DNA of 63,751 bases, the filler included, from Intoshia linei (lineage: Eukaryota > Animalia > Orthonectida), in NCBI GenBank assembly GCA_001642005.1. It is 5 parts of 5 records of this genome, joined end to end, with 100 filler letters (N's around TTAATTAATTAA, not from the genome) between each part and the next. Parts side by side here need not be neighbours in the genome. Positions count along the whole stretch, not along the records: positions 56,779 to 63,751 come from LWCA01001614.1; 4 more parts are not named here. One strand, written 5' to 3'. Below the pieces are notes generated by a model. The model was not told the origin of the DNA. It ran no database searches and worked only from the letters and a program-made list of their open reading frames with translations. Position 1 is the stretch's first letter; the number at the start of each line of letters is the position of its first letter. Of this stretch, positions 61,988 to 63,751 are shown in pieces. Made by a program: the position numbers and the translations under genes.

Positions 61988-62901
61988 ATGAAATTGGAGA
62001 GTGCCAATAGGCGCACAAAGAGTGATTGTATAAATTACGATATTGAAAAATTTGATGAAATAAAATCATATAAAAGTGAAAGGTCTTTACTTGTTAAATT
62101 AAAGCTGGATTCTACTGAAAAAAAAGTTGAAATTGTCAATACTATTACCAATGACCGAAAAAGTATCAATCCGAAAGATTATCAATGTGGTTATGGTCCA
62201 ATTCGTCCCAAGTGGCTTCAAAAGTTTAATAATGCTAATGTTTTACTATTTTTGTTATCAATAGTATCTCTTTGTCACGGTTTAGTTTTCTATTGCGACT
62301 TTTGAATATTTAATATTTATTCTTTTTTAGGAATGGTTATGAATGGATTTACTAGTACATCAGTGTCAACTATTCAAAAATTTTATAGTTTGAGCAGTGT
62401 TCAAATTGGATTGATATCGGCTATATACGATAGTATGATTATTTTAGTTGTTATTCCAATGACCTATTTTGCTACAAAAACAAACAAAATAAGAATTGTC
62501 GGTAATTTTTTAAATTTTTTTTAAATTAATACATTTTTAAGCTATTTCCACAATCATTTTTGGTTTTGGTTCAATTATTTTTGCATTTCCTCACCTCTTA
62601 AGAACCAAATTTGAAAATACTGTAACTTCAAATGATTTATCCGACTATTTTTGTAGCAATAACACTAATGGTAAATTTTTGTATATTTAATTTATTATCT
62701 TTTCATTTTTAGTTGGAAACACCAACCTCAATTGCGTGGATGTCAATCCTCTCAAATTGAATTATTCAAAGTCTTATTTTAGTTATAGCATGTTTCTGAC
62801 TGGAAACGCTTTACACGGGTTAGCTTCATCCACCTTTTATACACTACCTATCGTCATTATTGATGAAAATGTTTCATCTAAATTGTCTCCAGTATATACA
62901 G
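61988..62901 (+). CDS. SLCO: Organic anion transporting polypeptide (SLCO/OATP), first four exons; continues beyond window
   Basis: Exons 61988-62279, 62331-62501, 62542-62670, 62713-62901. CGYGPIRPKWLQKF, STIQKFYSLSSVQIGLISAIYD, FAFPHL, GNALHGL...IIDENVSSKLSPVYTG. Confidence 0.9.
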
Positions 62902-63751
62902 GTAATGTTTTTCTTTCGCTTCTACGTGTTTCTTAACACTGTGTGTTATATATTCATATGCAGTAGTTGGAAAATATAGAAATGCTAAAAAATTGCAAAT
63001 GTTACCACACGCATAGTGTTAATTCTTGGATTTTACTTACATTATAATCATGTAATAGTTATACAAGTAAGCAGGTAATAACTTTTATACAGTTTTTTTA
63101 CCCATAATTTATAATCAAATTTCAGTTTTGATGGAATTTTTTGATTTTATATAAGACTATTTTCATTTATAAAAAAGGGTAATCTAGGGTTTTGATTATG
63201 AAAGTGAACTATTTTGAGGTTGCCATTTATGATAATACTTATGATTTTAAAAACTATCACATAATTTATGTTTTATAAAATTTTGAACATGTTTCATTTT
63301 TAAAAAAAAGATAATTTGTGGTTTTTTGCGGTGCGTTTCTGAGCTGAGATTTACAACAATGTTGATGATTTTTAAACGCGTCCCAGAATTTTTTTTATTA
63401 AATTTTTATTTATATTAAGGTTCATGTCGTATCGTTTTTAGAGTGTATAAAAGATTGTTCAGATGGTGGGAAACCGCTACTTTTGATACAGATAAATTAA
63501 ATTTGAAACAAATGACATCTACAATTTCTTGGAGAATTACTTTAAAATTTTCTTCAATACAAGTGACCATACATTTTTGATGTTGATCATTCAATTTTTA
63601 AAATCTTTTACCTTGACTTGATATAGGTTTAAAACATTCGTTGATCCACCTATGAATAGACCGTTAAATAAATTGATATTTAAAAAATTAATACCTATAC
63701 AGTCAAAATCTCATTTAACGAAAATATTAGAAATGTAACTGTATTAGAAAT

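Overview
Very AT-rich animal (metazoan) genomic DNA with compact genes and many 30-55 nt GT-AG introns. The gene set and tiny introns suggest a reduced invertebrate genome such as an orthonectid-like parasite; this is an inference and was not verified. Four artificial 100-nt scaffold gaps (44N-TTAATTAATTAA-44N) split the window. Manual splicing recovers these genes in order: LAPTM4-like (+), Rab27 (+), ROR-like receptor tyrosine kinase without a kringle (+), CHP1 (-), ATP synthase delta (+), HCF-1 (-), lipin 5' part (+), NPC1 (+), TELO2 (-), TBL3/Utp13 5' part (+), an orphan 134-aa ORF (+), intronless mitochondrial release factor (-), divergent myosin XVIII-like 5' part (-) and SLCO/OATP 5' part (+). 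Large introns and intergenic DNA are filled with hAT, piggyBac, Tc1/mariner/pogo, Helitron-like and LTR remnants. The most notable observations are tail-to-tail genes with 0 and 37 nt between stop codons, candidate promoter motifs (CTACATGTA and CGATA clusters) at head-to-head pairs, and a CGGBP-related hAT family with an apparent nTTATAAn target preference. Several conserved proteins have also lost signature motifs. No CRISPR array, tRNA or rRNA was recognised. Family assignments rest on recalled motif similarity, not database searches.
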